From assembly GCF_009914755.1 (NCBI RefSeq), contig NC_060932.1: DNA of 64,000 bases. The stretch is one strand, 5' to 3'. The position numbers and the translations under genes are program-made. Origin of the DNA: the human T2T-CHM13v2.0 reference genome, Homo sapiens. A model generated the notes under the pieces. It did not search any database, was not told where the DNA came from, and worked only from the letters and a program-made list of their open reading frames with translations. This document shows, piece after piece, positions 13,214 through 28,522 of this stretch; the first letter of the stretch is position 1, and each line of letters begins with the position of its first letter.

Positions 13214-15668
13214 TGGACAGAAGTGAGTTGTTACAAATCACAGTTAGTCAGGGTGACTAGACCCCAGGACTCCTGACTTCTAGTCTAGAATCCACCTTGC
13301 CTCTTTGTGGCTTCCTTCCCTCTGCCTCTGGCACCTTCTTTCTGTGCTTCCCGTTGGCCTCCCCAAGTCCTAGGCTCTGCGGGATGAGCCAAGCAAGTTA
13401 TAATCAGCCCTAGGGAGCACCTGGCAGGCAGTGAGGGGAGCCTCGCCCCAAGTCCTGCTCCTCACTGAGACACCTTTGCAGCTGAACCCTCTGCAGTCAG
13501 CTGGCCCAGGGCAGACCATTACTGGAAGCCTCCAGAAAGGTCTTGGACCACATCTTACACGGGGCCACACTGCCCTGGACCTTGATGATGGTGGTGAGAT
13601 GTTTCACATTCTCAGAGTGGCTCCACCCCAATTCCAGACAAGCACCAGCAGGGTGTGGTGGCAGATACCTGTAATTCTAGCTACTCCGGAGCCCGAGGAG
13701 GGAGGATCGCTTGAGCCTGGGAGTTTGAAGTGTAATGAGCCATGATTGCACCACTGCATTCCAGCCTGGGCAACAGAGTGAGACCCTGTCTCTAAAAAAA
13801 TAGAATTTATTTAAAAAAAGAGGCAGGGCCAAAATCCTGTGAAATAGAGAAGAAAAGAGCTGGTGTGAATGAATATTTAAAAAGAGGTGCCTGAGGAGGA
13901 CCCGCTGACACCACGTTGCAGGGTTCCAGGCTCTCCTTGTGCTGTGGGTTCCTATACAGGAAGCCAAGCCCTGCCTCTCTCCTCCTTTCCCTTGGATCCC
14001 ACAGCCTCTTCATGTGCCGAGCGGGATTCCTGTCTACGGAGGCCCTGAGGGCGGCGCTGGTGTGTTTTTCCTCCAGCCTCCGGAAACCCCTCAGTGATCT
14101 CCCATAACATCACAGGGGCTGCATGGGCTGCGGGGCTGGGGGCTGACTTCCAGCACTTCCCTCCCTGGCAGCCGGGAAGAGCCGCCCCTCTACCAGAGAT
14201 GGAAATGGCAGGGCAGACAGCAAATAATTGGCTTCCGGGATCTGTGGGGTGTAAAGAACCAGGATTTTTCTCACTCGAGTGGAAAAAGTAAAGTGCCCGG
14301 CAGAGTAGGGCAGGCAGCCCCTTCCAGAGAACCCTTCCCGTGCTCCTCCAGAGGCCACACCAAACTTCGAATTACATCTGTTGGCAAAGGATCATGCCCT
14401 GCTCAAAACAAACACGTGATGTGATGTGATGTTGTATGGAGAACCGGTGATGGTGGGGAAGGTGATCAAGAAAACACGCTAGTCGGGCTGCCCAGCCCAC
14501 CGGTGGCCGAGTGCCAGGGCCCACTCTGCCAGCCAAGCCATTTCCACCCGAGGCCCCTCCTGCCCCACGGCCAGCTGACAGGGCCTCCCAGGCCGCTGCC
14601 TCTTTTGATCCAAGCTGGCACCTGGCCCCTCTCACACGCAGCCCTAAGGGGACACTCAGGTGCCACCAGCCCCTTGGTGATAGGCCCACCTTGGAGCTTC
14701 CCACTGGCTTGTCCAAGCCATTAGCAGCCACCTGTGGGGTTGTTTCCACACTTCCAGTAAGAGTGACCCACCCCCAAGATGCCCAAGACACAGGCTGGTG
14801 CACCGTGAAGACTGATTTGAGAGTCGAAGACATGGGCTTTAGTCCCGGCCCCATCATCTGCCCTCTTCGGCCCCGTTGTCCTCCTGGGTGGTCCCTGAGG
14901 CCCAAGAGCTCTGCGCCTGAGCACCACTTGGGGAGCGGAAGTGACTCAGTGGTGAGGTGGCTGGAAGCGGGCCCACCTTGTGGCCTCTTTGCCCCGAGAG
15001 ACTTCTGCTTGACTGCGGTGGCCAGGGCAGGGGGCAGCCCTCTGTTCCTCAGGCGTGGGAGAAACAACCCCTCCTTCCAGAATCAGAGAGCAGTGCCCAC
15101 TTCATTTAGGCAAAGGGTGGAAGTGGGGAGAGGAGGGGCTGTGAAAACACAGCGATGCAATCCCAGGAGGAATCCGCCCTGCACCGCTCCTCTGGCCGAG
15201 AGGAGAGGATCTCCACTCATGAGCGGCCAGGCTGGGGGCCCCAGAAAGCCTGACCTCATTCCCCAGGGGCACGGGAAGGAGCCAGGGCTAGAAGAAAAGG
15301 AGCTGATGTGGTGAAGGTGAAAAGAGCCACCAGACAGCCTAACTGAGGGGTCCAGGGAGCCCAGCGGCTCAGATGTTGGAGTTCGGCTCCAAATCCTCAA
15401 ACATCGGCCCCACTCCCACCCCCAGCCAAAACAGTCACTTTGCCCTCTAGCTGGGGGTAAGCCTAATAACTGAAGACTCAGGTCCCAAGGCTCATCGAGA
15501 GCGAGGAAAAAGCCTTCTGTTTCTCAGTAGGCTAGGTTGATGGATAGCTTGGCAGTTTCCGTGAAGGACAGGCAGCTGTTCTGGGTGTTAGAATTGATGT
15601 ACAGGGTGGCATAGCTGGGCATGGCTCTCATACATGCACTGCCCATGTTTGATCATGTATAATTTAGT

Positions 15669-15672
<4 letters not shown>

Positions 15673-15710
<38 letters not shown>
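15673..15710. repeat. (GT)n microsatellite (others: (GT)n ~30933-30962, (GA)n ~21985-22010)
   Basis: Directly visible dinucleotide runs. Confidence 0.95.
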
Positions 15711-15715
<5 letters not shown>

Positions 15716-17739
15716 ACTGAGTCCCAAGGTCAGGCCCAGCCCTGTCATAGGCCAGCTTTATCACTGGGATGAAGTCCCTGGTACTCCCTGGGGTCAGTCC
15801 CCTCATCCAGGTGGACCAGATGATCCCATGGGATGGCATCAGAGTGTAAGTTTCATGACAGTGGGGTCTCTGTCTGTTTCTGGCACTTAGGGGGTGTCCA
15901 CTAAGTCTGTTCAGTGTGCACATCTGTACTGTACCATGGTATCGTCAGAACCTCACGCAGGCATTCCGTAAACATGCAGAAAGATGCCTGTATTCAACAA
16001 ACAGCGATGGGGCGACTGCCAGGTGCCCGGCTCTGTATGTCTATATATGTCTAAGGACTGAGGAAGCTACAAAGAGCTCAGATGCTGCCCTTTCTCTCAG
16101 GGAGCTTACTCTTTACTAGGACACATAGGATTTGTGCCCAAGTCACTCAAAAAAAGACTAACAGTGATAAGTGTCTTAAGGGAGTTCCCAGCGAGAGAGT
16201 TTGGGGGTGGGCTGGGCTCTTTTCCTGGCTTTCCTTCTTTGCTGCTGTTCTTCGAAATGCGTCCTCGGTTTCAGCCACAGACAGGCTCCTGGTTCTTGCT
16301 GGCACCCGTTCCCTGAACAATCTCTCCCAGCCTCGAAGATGTGACATGTGGGAGCTGGCAAATCTGACGGCACCAGATTTGCCTCTCTGGGCTTCACAGC
16401 TGTATTTCCATCGGTGTCCTCAGTGTCTCCAGGTGGAGACCTGCAGGCACCTTCTTCATGGTTCAGATGAGACACCTTCCCCTTCACCTGAACCCAAGCT
16501 AAAAAATGGGTTATTCTGAGTTGTTGCCCCAGCCCACACTTTTCAGTCAGCCAACATGTATGGAGTTCCTGTTTTTAGGGAGGAAGCACGCTAGTTGGAA
16601 GGCAAGCCTGGGTGCTTTCTGCCCTCCCAGCAGAAATAAGACGTGCACACCTGAGACGAGAACCGAATCATCCAGGCAGATGCCACAAAAGAACAAATGC
16701 ACGGCATATACGGGAGATTGGATGGGAATCCCGGGAGAGAAAGGGAGCATTTCAAGTTGGGCAGTTCAGAAAGGCTTCAGGGAGGAGCTGAAGGGTGGGG
16801 AGGAGTTGGATGGGGTCAGTGAAGAGGGCAGGAAGGAGTGCTGGGAAAAGTTGGACAGCAGGTCCTGGGGGAAGAGTGTTTGGTGGTGGGGGAGAGAGAT
16901 GGCCTGCAGTTGAGGGAGCCCTAAGCCAGAAAGGACCTGAGTGCTCCATAAAGGACACGCGGTTGTGTCTGGTTGACATTGGAGAGACCTGGGAGGGTTT
17001 GTCAGGAGAAGGCCTATTTGCCACTTGCCCCTGGAGATATTCTCTCGTGGCCTTAGCCCATGTTGAGAAACCTCTACTTTTAGAGAGTGGGAGGAAGAAA
17101 ATGAGCTTGTAAAGGAGCCAAGAGGAGCAGTCCAGGACACAGGCAGAGAACCATGATGGTAATGTCATGGAAATTGAGAGGAGAAAGTTCCAAGGGGGAG
17201 GAAATGACCCACCGCGTTGACTGCTGATCAGCAGAGTTAGCTCAGGATTCATGGATCAGAGAAGGCCAGGTTGCAAGGGCCAGAGGGGCTGAGTGGATCA
17301 GAAGCAAAGGCGCAGGAGGAGCTGTGTCCTTAGAGTGGGAGGCAGGGCCCAGCTCAAAGGATTTCAAGGCAGGGATGGCCCGTGCTCATTGGGAGGGGGA
17401 GGGACAGAAGAGGCATGGGGGGACTTGGGGACAGAGCGGTGGAATTGAGGGAGACTTGCTTTGAGAAGAAAGAATCTCTTTATCGGGAGGCAAGGGAAGG
17501 AGAAAAGATGGTTACAGACATAGACTCTGCATTACGAGCAGCTGCATTTAACCTTTTTATAACACATTTATTATTTTTTTAAAAATCAAAAAATTCCAAA
17601 AAGGAAAAACATTCACTCACGTGAACTCCTGCCCTGTAGAGATAATAAATGACAAAATGTAGATGAACATTCTTCAGAAATCATTCTGTGTATGTTTGCA
17701 CAGATTTTTTTCATGTAGATAAGATTACACTATCCATGT

Positions 17740-18420
<681 letters not shown>

Positions 18421-19902
18421 TAACCAATCCCCTGGAGATGGGCATTTTAGCTATTTGCATTTTCCCTCAGATTTATCATAGCATGCAGTGATCACCTTTA
18501 CACATACACCTTGGCCTAATTGTGTAATTATTCTCTTAACATGAAGTTCCTAGAAGGAGGATTACTGAGTCAAAGGGCACTCGCCCTTGCAGTATTGACA
18601 GAGGGTGCCAGGCTACTCAGAATGCACGAGAAGGCCTCTTTCCCCATCCCTCCCCCAGACTGGGTTTGAAGTGTAGGCATCTGGACAGAGTTAGTGGATG
18701 ATAAAGAAAGAAGTTGGAACCTCATGGTCTTGATCCTTTCAGAAAAGGAGGGGGTGAGCTCATCTTTGGGGAATGAGGTGGGCTGACCTGAGGAGGAACC
18801 CAGGAATGGGAAGTGAGGATCCAGATGGCAGGACTTGGCTGAAGCCAAATGCATGCCCCCCTCTGACACTCTCCTGCAGCTCCAGGCTTCTCTAGTGCAA
18901 TTCGAAGAAAGCAGGCTGAGGATGGAAGGGACCATGGCCAGGAGAGAGAACTACAGGCTCCATGGGGCAGAACTCAACCCTTGGGGACTGGGCTGGGCTT
19001 GGAGGTCAGGGCGAATGAGAACTTGGAGGAAGGAGAGCGAGGAAAGGCTGAGTGCATTGGGGATGAAGAAGGCAAGGGGCTTGAGATCAAGCAGATGGAA
19101 CAGCAATAAGCCTTAAGCTCCAGAGGGCAGGCAGGATGTGTAGAGATGAGACAGTAAATCCCATGTCCAGAGCCCTGAGTTTCAACAGAAAAGCTGCTTC
19201 CATTCAAGTTGATGGCAGGAGACAGAATGAAGAATTCATCCAATCCAGGTGATGTCATTGTCCAGAACAGTGTTCCCTAAAGTCAGAGTCCCTCTGCCTC
19301 TGAACATAGGTCCCAGAATTAAAAGATACATTTATTTTTCAAGATCTGCAGGAAGTTCCATGACCAAATAAGTCTGAGAAACGTGGAGTTAAACACAGAT
19401 TTAAATGGGCTTATTATTTTTTTTGGCAGGACTTTTCAAAATGCTTACTATGTGAATGTGAATCTCTAAGATGGCGATAGAGTATGCCATGTTTTCCACA
19501 CTTACTTGATCAAATAATCCTTTTTCACAAAGAATAATTTGGGACTAGTGTCCCATAGGATATGTTTTGAAACACTGATTTCTTGTAAGTTGGAAATTGG
19601 TCCTGGGAGTGATGGGGGTTGGGAGATGGCAATAAATGGCAGCATTAATTGGAATAGGATAGAAAAATAATCCTAATAAAAGTGGCTGCTACTACTATTT
19701 ATTAAGCATTTACGATGTACCAGGTACTTTTCATATACGTCTCATTGGATTTTCACAGCAGCTCATTGAAGCGGACGATCTCCCCACCATTTACGCATAA
19801 GGAACATGAAACTCAGAGGAGGGAAGTGGGGTGCCCATGCGAGACAGGGTAGGATTTGCAGGATCAGGGGTGACAACGGGGATCAAGAGAACTGGTGATT
19901 CC

Positions 19903-20220
19903 TGGCCAGGCATGGTGGCTCATGCCAGTAATCCCAGCACTTTGGGAGACCCAGGGAGGAGGATCACTTCAGGCCAGGAATTTGAGACCAGCCTGGGCAA
20001 CATAGTGAGATCTTGTCTCTACAAAAAATAAGCAAGATTAGCTGGGTGTGATGGCACACACCTGTAGCCTCAGCTACTTAGGAGGCTGAGGTGGGAGGAT
20101 CGTTTGAACCCGGGAGGTCTAGGCGGCACTGAGCCATGATCGCACCACAGCACTCCAGCCTGGCCAATAGAGCAAGACCTTGTCTATAAAAAGAAACAAA
20201 AAAAGAAAAGAAAAGAAAGC
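19903..20220 (+). mobile_element. AluJ
   Basis: Dimeric Alu with A-tail. Confidence 0.88.
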
Positions 20221-23200
20221 CAGTGATTCCCACCCCTCCCATCCCTCTGAATTCATGGGGTTCAGGGGAGTCGGGGGGGTTGGTGCTGTGGACAGAGAGG
20301 AGATCAGTGTGTAAGTAATGGGGGGAGTCTGTTGCATTGAGTGAGTAGCCTAGGTTCTTGTCTCAACTAGAGGCAGCACCAGCCTGCGAGCAGGTATTTA
20401 GAAATGGGTGGGCATTCGGGGTTGTCACAATGACCAGGGATTGCTATTGGCCTTTAGCGGGCAAGGCCAGGATGCTGAATGTCTGTGCAGAGTGGGCCGT
20501 GCTCATCTAATGAAGAATTGCACCACCTGGAATAGGGTCCAAGTTAGAAAAGTTGAGGGCAAGAAAGTTGTTTAGGATAAAGGGGATTTAGGATAAAGCA
20601 GGGATTTACCCACAACCTCTGTGGTTACCAAGAACAGGGTGGGAGGCAGCCAAAGGGATTCAGGTGGAGGTAGCAGGAACCGGGAGGGAAGCCTGTCTCA
20701 GAGCAGCAGATGTGGCTTTAGGGATGCAGGAGCTTGAGGATGGGGACCAAAAAAGGGGCGAGTGCTGGAGGAGAGAAACTGGCAGAGCCACGGAAGCAGA
20801 AAAGGACAACTTGTTGAGCAAGAAGATTTGAAGGGAAAGGACCTGTGTCTTGAGACCTGAGCGGGCAGGCGGATTCCCAACCGATTACAGACAAACCCAC
20901 AAAGGAAGCCTGTGGAGAGGGGGTAGTGGCGGAAGGGCTCTAATGAAAACAATTTTGCAACCTTACTTATAGCGTTCTCCAACCTTAAACTAATAGCTAT
21001 TCTGCACTTTAAATATAGCATTGGCTCCAGAGAAGACTCTGAAATCTTTATTTTTACCGATCCAATTGGCTGTTTTGAAAACCCACTCTGTGAACCCTGC
21101 AGAAGATAATTATCAAAATATGTTCCTTGAAGTGCCCAAAGAAAGACCTTTTATTCAGTTCCTCGAATCTCTCCCCCTTGTTGACTCAGATGGAAGAATG
21201 CAGTCCCAGAAAGGCGAAAGAGGGAACCAAGGACACATTTTTGGTCAACCAAAAGAAAGCCGGCATTGGTGACCACAGTTGAGTTAGCAGTTGGTTAACA
21301 GGTCCGGGCTATTTTCTACCCCCAAAGGGAGAGCTGAACCAAGCTCAACCCCAGTGGAGTCAGTGGCCGTGCTTAGCAATGTGCCAAGGCATGCACCCTC
21401 CATCAAACTTGCTACGTGGCTCTGTGAGAGCAGACTTAAAAAAAAAAAAGGAATTTCTCCTCTTGTGGCTGTCCTTTCTGGAGTTTGAGATGGATATTGT
21501 GACCTAAGGGATGACAGGAAGAGAGGCCCTTTCAAATTTCTAGTGGTCACCACTATTTTATGGGTCTGGGTTTGCAGCCTTGGCCTTGGCCTTGGCCTTC
21601 CCAGGCTATTTAACTTTTTTTTCTAAGCACCTTGCCTGCGATTTGGGTAGTAATCACTGCAAGAAGATTGGGGCCTGGCTGTGCCTTTCACTAGGAAATC
21701 CATGGGGCTGGCTTCTTTATGACAGGGACCATGGCCCTCCCTCATAGCAGCTGTGGTCCCTTGGGGCCTTGGGATCAGAGCAGGCAGAAACTGGCTCATG
21801 GAGTCTTAGATGTTCGTTCTTTCATGATTCCCATGCTGTCCCAAGTTTGTTCCCAGAGAGGAGTTTTCCCATAGGTTTTTAGGTCCCAGCATCACCTTAT
21901 CTTCTCCAGTGTCCTCTTCCAAGCCCATCCGCTCCTGCCAAAATAACCTTGCTCCTGGAATCCACAAAATGAAGAAAAGAAGGGGAGAGAGAGAGAGAGA
22001 GAGAGAGAGAAGAGAGACAGAAGGCAACCAGTGCTATTTCTGCCTTCCTATAAACGGAGTCTCTCTCTAGACACCTAGAGCCTATCATAACATGATGATT
22101 TCATTACCCCTTCCAGACACCCAGCATGCTTCACACTCAGGCACTCCTCGATTTTCAGCATGTCAAGAGTCCTACATTTCTTTATACATGACACAGACAA
22201 GAACCAGCGCCTTACTTTAGAGAGCTATAGACATATTACATACAGGTGGTATTGAAAAGCAATTAACTGGGACAACAATGGAAAAACACGACCCCCCCAA
22301 ACAAGAACCCTTGGAGCTTCAGGAGAAGAATATGATGTCCCTTGTTCTGTTCTGCGAAGGGGAGGGGAAGTAGAGCCAACATTTTGCTCCTACCCAGTCC
22401 TCCACCAGCTCATTCCTTTGCAGTTCAAACACCAGCCCTTGGTATATAAATTTCGCCTTCGCTGCAAAATTTTATAAATTTCGAAAGGTATATAAATTAA
22501 GCCTTTGCACTCCAAATGCATCCATCGTCCCCAACACTCCCTAGCCATGGAGAATCCTAAGAATAAACCAGATTCCAACCCTATTTTAAGTCATCAATCT
22601 TCATTTTTTAAATACACATGAGCTCCTGATTAAAATAGCAGAGGATAACAGTTAACTGAAGACATAGGCCTTCGCCGAGGGCCAGAAAACACATCTTTAT
22701 GGAACATCCACTATGTGATCAACCCTGTGCTGAAAGCAGTTGAGGGGAGCTTTCCTGACCACAGGGATGTAGCAAACTGCTAGGAGCGTGACCTGTCAAC
22801 AGATATCAGGCTTATATGGAAAGGTCTTGTCCCAGTTCTGAGGCGTTTCTGAGATGGGCATGTGCAACTCTGCAGACACTCAAATGCGTGTTTGGATTCT
22901 GCCTCAGATTCTTGGATATTTAGGAGCCACTAACCAGCTTCCAGGCCACTTAACCTCTCTGAGCCTTTGTGACATGATGGAGGTGAATTTGCAAATTCCC
23001 TTCCCACCCTCTCAGGCTGTGGTTCTCTATCCCTGAAACCCCTTTGGAGAGCTGGTGCACCTAACTCTAAGTCAGTTTGCCCTTAATGGCAGGAGAATAG
23101 GCATAGAAGACGGAGAGGGGAAGGAAATTCTTTTCCCATCTCTATTAACCCTGCTTGGCCTAGTTCAAGGAGGCACTACGGATGCCTGCCTAATCAGTCA

Positions 23201-25686
23201 TCCTCTGATCAATCACTACTCTGGGGCCTCAGCCAGGGCTTTTTCATTCTTGGTGACTGTTTATTCATCCATACATATTCTGATCAGAACAATCTTGGTA
23301 TAACATGAACATAATGAGCTTGTGCTTGCAAAGGGCTCGGCTTATAAGAGCCTCACAAATGCTTTGGATTATGTTCTCATTAAGTGAACGAGGCTACAGT
23401 GGTGAATTACTACAGCATTCCAGACATAGGTGAGTCAGGGGTCCCCACAGTCCGGGGCTTAGTGCTGGAAGACAGGAAATCCAAGGGATTAGAGAGAGAA
23501 GACCTCTTTGGGGATTGGGGAGGGCTGTGAGTTATGGAGCTGAGATGTCAGTGGAGGGAAGATGGCCAAACACCCGTGGTCCCCCTAGTCTAGAGAGATC
23601 CAAGATCTTCGCTGGCAGCCGCCACTTCCCTTCCCGTGGGTCACTCGGTGCGTTACTGGAAAGCCTCGTTAGCAATTTCCACTGGCTAACAGTTGCTAAT
23701 CTGGGGGGCTGTCCATTGGGAAAGCTGGTTATAACAAAGCTCTGTGTTTTTTGAGAGGGTGTTTGCTGAAGGCTGGTGTCAGCCTTGCTTGATTTAAGTC
23801 ATCCCAGATTCCCTGCAAAGGCTATAAACAGTGAAGTGATGAAATGGGCCCTAGAGCCAGAACAGGGAGGAGGCCCAGTCACGGGGGAGGGCAGAGGAGC
23901 TCATCAAGGATGGAGAGAAACGAGGAACCCGGCCAAGGAGGCAGCTCTGCTCTAAGGGTTGGAAGGAATACCTCCCCACGGTAGCCCCGGGGCAGTGGTG
24001 AATACAGCCCACAGCCCACAACGTGGTTCTGACTGGGGTCTCTGGAGGTGAGAGGCCATGGCTACTAGGGTGAAGTTTTGGTCAGACAGAAACAGAAGGT
24101 ACCAAGGAATTCCCCTGCCTTGCCCCAGCCATTCATTTATGGGAAAGAGATCATAATCCTGGTGACTGCCCAGGCCAGGCTTCCTTGTAAACTGTTGGCA
24201 GATTGACGATGGGACAGCTGCCCAAGGAGAGCTGAAAGTGCTTCTTAGGATATGCATGAAAACAAACTTCTCATGCTTCCTTGCTGTTCCCGCTTTACCC
24301 TCCAAAGCACTTGCCCGCACCCCTGACCGCGCCCCCCCCCCCCCGCACACACACACTATTGCCCCGGAAAGCAAACCTACCTGGAATCTCCTATTGTGGA
24401 GAGGAAAACCAGGATTCCGGAAGCTTTGCCACTGCCCAGCTCTATGACTTGAGCCAGGCATTAACAACCTCACACCACACATACACAGGTACACACACAT
24501 GCACACTCATGGGCAAAAATGCACGTGCACACATGTGCAAGCACAGGCACACACGCAGGCATGCATGTATACTCACACATGCATCGGACACACCCTCACA
24601 CACATGTGCACACATACACAAAGTTTAGTTTCCTCACCTATCAAATCAGGAGAAAATGTTCTCTCTCTGTCTCTCAGACTAGTTGTAGGGATCAAATGGG
24701 ATAACAGATGTGAGAGCGCTTTCAAAGTCCTAAACCCCAGGTCTCCTTTGTCGCCCCAGATTAATTCAATCTCTGGGGGTGGACCCTTGAAAGCTCCCCA
24801 GAGAGCTCCACAGGCAGGCATAGAACTGCTGGGAAGCCTAATACCAAATCCTTCATTGGTTTATTTGAAATTGTGTTTGTTGAGCCTTTCTCTGTGCCGG
24901 CTCTCTGTGCCGGCCACTGTGCTAGGGATGTTGGATAAAGCAGTGAACATGACAGATAGTCCCTGCCCTTGGAACTGAAGCGCTGGGGAAGAGAGCTGCC
25001 GCATGGACAGGAGAGGAGCATTCTCCTAGGGAGAGCACAGAGCATGTGAGGTGTGGGCAACAGGGCCTTACGCTAGTCTGAGAGCTCAAGAAAGACTGCT
25101 GGGGAAGTGACGTTTAAGCCATGCGTGAAGGCCGAGCAGAGGGCACTCGTGGTCTTGATGGTGGCATTTTTAATTTGGGGTCACCCTCAGTCCCCTCCCT
25201 ACTGAGTCCATTCAGAGCTGCCTTTGCTTACCAACAGCGCCTTGCCAACTGCATCTCAGCTCCTATGTTGATCACAATGGCCGTGGCATGGCATTTGGGC
25301 CTCAGGTACTCACAGGTCTAGGATGCGGCTCAAGATGCCCATCAATCATGGTCAGGAGCCCCCGAGGCTCCGCAGCTCATTCATGTACCACCCTCTTCTT
25401 GTCTACCCGCTGACCTTGTAGTTGCAGAAGCAAGGTTTCTTAGCACTTTGTGGAACCTTTGCTCATTACCTCAAGGTGGTTGTAGGTATGGTAGAAAAGA
25501 TTTCTGAGTTCACATCTTGGCTTCACCACTTCTATTCTGTGGGCTGCTAAGCAACATTCTTCACTTCCCTGAACCTCAGTCTTTTTGTCTATAAATGTGA
25601 CTCTCTGGACTGTAAAGTTTATAAGATGTTGTGAAGATTGCCTTGAGGCAAAACCCAGCACTTTATTGCATTAAAAACAAAAAGGA

Positions 25687-26024
<338 letters not shown>

Positions 26025-26139
26025 TTAAAATATTCTCGGGCTATAAAATGTAGACATTAAATAAACTACAGACATACTGCTAAGTGCATAGCTAAAGGTG
26101 AAAGAAAGCAGGGAATCCTTAAGGACCCAACAAAACGGC

Positions 26140-26360
26140 AAAGAAAGAGATAAAGAGAGAGGGAGAGGGAGGAGAGAGAAAGAGAGAAAGGAGGGAGGGA
26201 GGGAGAGAGAAGGAAAGGAGGGAGGAAAGTAGGGAAGGAAGGAAAGGAAGGAAGGAATGAAGGAAAGGAAAGGAAAGGAGAAAGGGAAGGAAAGAGGTAA
26301 GGAAAGGAGGGAGGAAAGTAGGGAAGGAAGGATGGAAGGAAGGAGAAAGGGAAGAAAAGG
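26140..26360. repeat. Polypurine (GGAA/GGAG/GAAAG)n tract
   Basis: About 220 bp, almost entirely A/G. Confidence 0.9.
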
Positions 26361-26999
26361 CCAGGTCTTACTTACAGGGAGTGGGAGGTGAAGGGTGTCT
26401 GGGGAACTAGAGGAATCTTCTGAGTGAGGGATACATCATCTAGGTTTTAGTTAGGGACCATATTGTCCCAGAGAATAAGCACCGAATCAAACTCTGAAAG
26501 GAGACCTGCTCCGCCCAAGGCCCTTTGACACCCTGATGGGTCCTAGGTGAGATTGTGTGAAGCAGGGATCTGCGCCCATCCTGTCATCTCCTCCTCCCTC
26601 TGGCCTCCTCCTGGCTATGCTGGAGGCAGAGTCTTGGTGGGGACTATGCTGTGGCCAGATTCAGCCTTGTCCCTGGAGAAGAGGAATTCTGCTTCGGTGA
26701 CCAAGTATTGGGGAATAGAAGGACGCTAAGCCAGAGCAAGCAGCCAGCTCTTATTTCTCCTTACTCCACCTTCATGGGTTTCAGCAAGCTCCAGAGAGAG
26801 CAGGCACTGAGGTGGCCCATGTGTCTTTCCCAGCGTGTGGAAAATGGGGAGCTCTCCTCACCCAGAGGGGTGGGACATCCCAGCTCCTCAGCCACTTGAT
26901 TCTTATGTCCGCTCCCTTTTTGCAGCTTACATCAGGCCACCTGGAGCTCAGTGAGCTGGCTCAGGGGTAGAGGTGGGCATGGGATATGGGGACAGGTAA

Positions 27000-27299
<300 letters not shown>

Positions 27300-27359
27300 T
27301 GAAAGGGCAGAGTTCACGGCCCTGGGCGTGCAGTACCAGTGAAGTCAAAGGAGTTTAAT

Positions 27360-27657
27360 GTTTTTTTTTCTTAAAGACATGGTTTTGCTGTGTCGTCCAG
27401 GCTAGTATGAGTGGTGCAACCACAGATCACTGCAGCCTCAAATTCCTGGGCTCGAGTGATCCTTCCACCTCAGCTTCCCAAGTAGCTGTGACTGTTGGCA
27501 CGCACCACCATGCCTGGATAATTTTTTTTATTTTTTGTAGATACAAGAGTCTTGCTATGTTGCCCAGGCTGGTCTCAAACTCCTGGCCTCAAGTGATCTG
27601 CCCGCCTCAGCCTCCCAAATTGCTGGGGTTACAGGTGTGAGCCACTGTGCTTGGCCT
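27360..27657 (-). mobile_element. Antisense AluJ
   Basis: Reverse Alu consensus. Confidence 0.85.
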
Positions 27658-28185
27658 GAAATCAAAGCTTGACACAAGTGCCACCTGTCTCCTGGGGTCC
27701 TCCCGAGACCCATCAGGGACTTCTGCCATCTCCCAGAGCTACATACCCTGTCCCTGGGGCCTGTCTTCTAGCTGGCCTGGAACTGTCCCCTTCATTGTGT
27801 CCCATGCCACCTGAACTGCTGTTTGGAATGGGGTCTCAGTGACTTTGGTGTAGAGTAGAGCAGTTATTCTCAACCTTGGCTCTTCATTGCAATCACCCAT
27901 GGATGCATGAGACCAACCCTTGGAAATTCCTATTTGGCCTGGAGTGTGATCTGGGCATCAGGATTTTTAAACGTCCTAGTAGTCAGAATGTGTGGCTAAA
28001 GGTGAGTTCACCTTAGGAATTCGCAGCTGGGCCATCACTGCATTCCCACTGGGTGTTGGCCACCTGTCTGTGTATTCAGGACCATCTGGTTCCCTCTTTC
28101 CTCCATGCCAACAATTCAACTGGTGGACCATGACTATTTGTTTGGTTTCCAGGAGAACTTCTGGTTCCCTGAAAAGTTTGGGGAC

Positions 28186-28522
28186 TGGTAACCAACATTC
28201 TGGTTTGCCAGGGACTGAGGGGATTCCCAGGGTGTGGGGCTTTTCATTTTCTTTTTTCTTTTTTAAAATAGAGATGGGATCTTGCTATGTTGCCTTGGCT
28301 GGCCTCAAACTCCTGGGCTCAAGTGATCCCCCTGCCTCAGCCTCCTCAAGTGCTGGGATTACAGGCATGAGCTACTGTACCCGGCAGGCTTTCAGTTTTA
28401 AAACCCAGACAATCTTAGCAAACCAGGATGATTGGCACCATGCTGAGGAGCTCCTGTGATGGGAGACTTTCAGTGCTAAAACCCAGAAGATCCTGGGCAA
28501 GCCCAGACAAGTTGGTCACTCA
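28186..28522. mobile_element. MER81-like (hAT-Blackjack) element split by an Alu monomer (~28248-28386), plus a second half-copy (28461-28522)
   Basis: ggtaaccaac...ggtttgccagggactgagggg...ctttcagt(g/t)(c/t)taaaacccaga...gcaa(a/g)cc...gttggtcac. The right half occurs twice. Confidence 0.7.
28495..28514. promoter_or_regulatory. p53 response element in intron 2
   Basis: GGGCAAGCCC AGACAAGTTG: two adjacent RRRCWWGYYY half-sites, 19/20 match, no spacer. SCARA3/CSR is known as a p53-responsive gene. Confidence 0.88.

Noticed and set aside
14372-15314. 267-aa and 231-aa overlapping intronic ORFs
   Set aside because: Non-ATG starts, GC-rich intron, no recognisable homology or exon structure.
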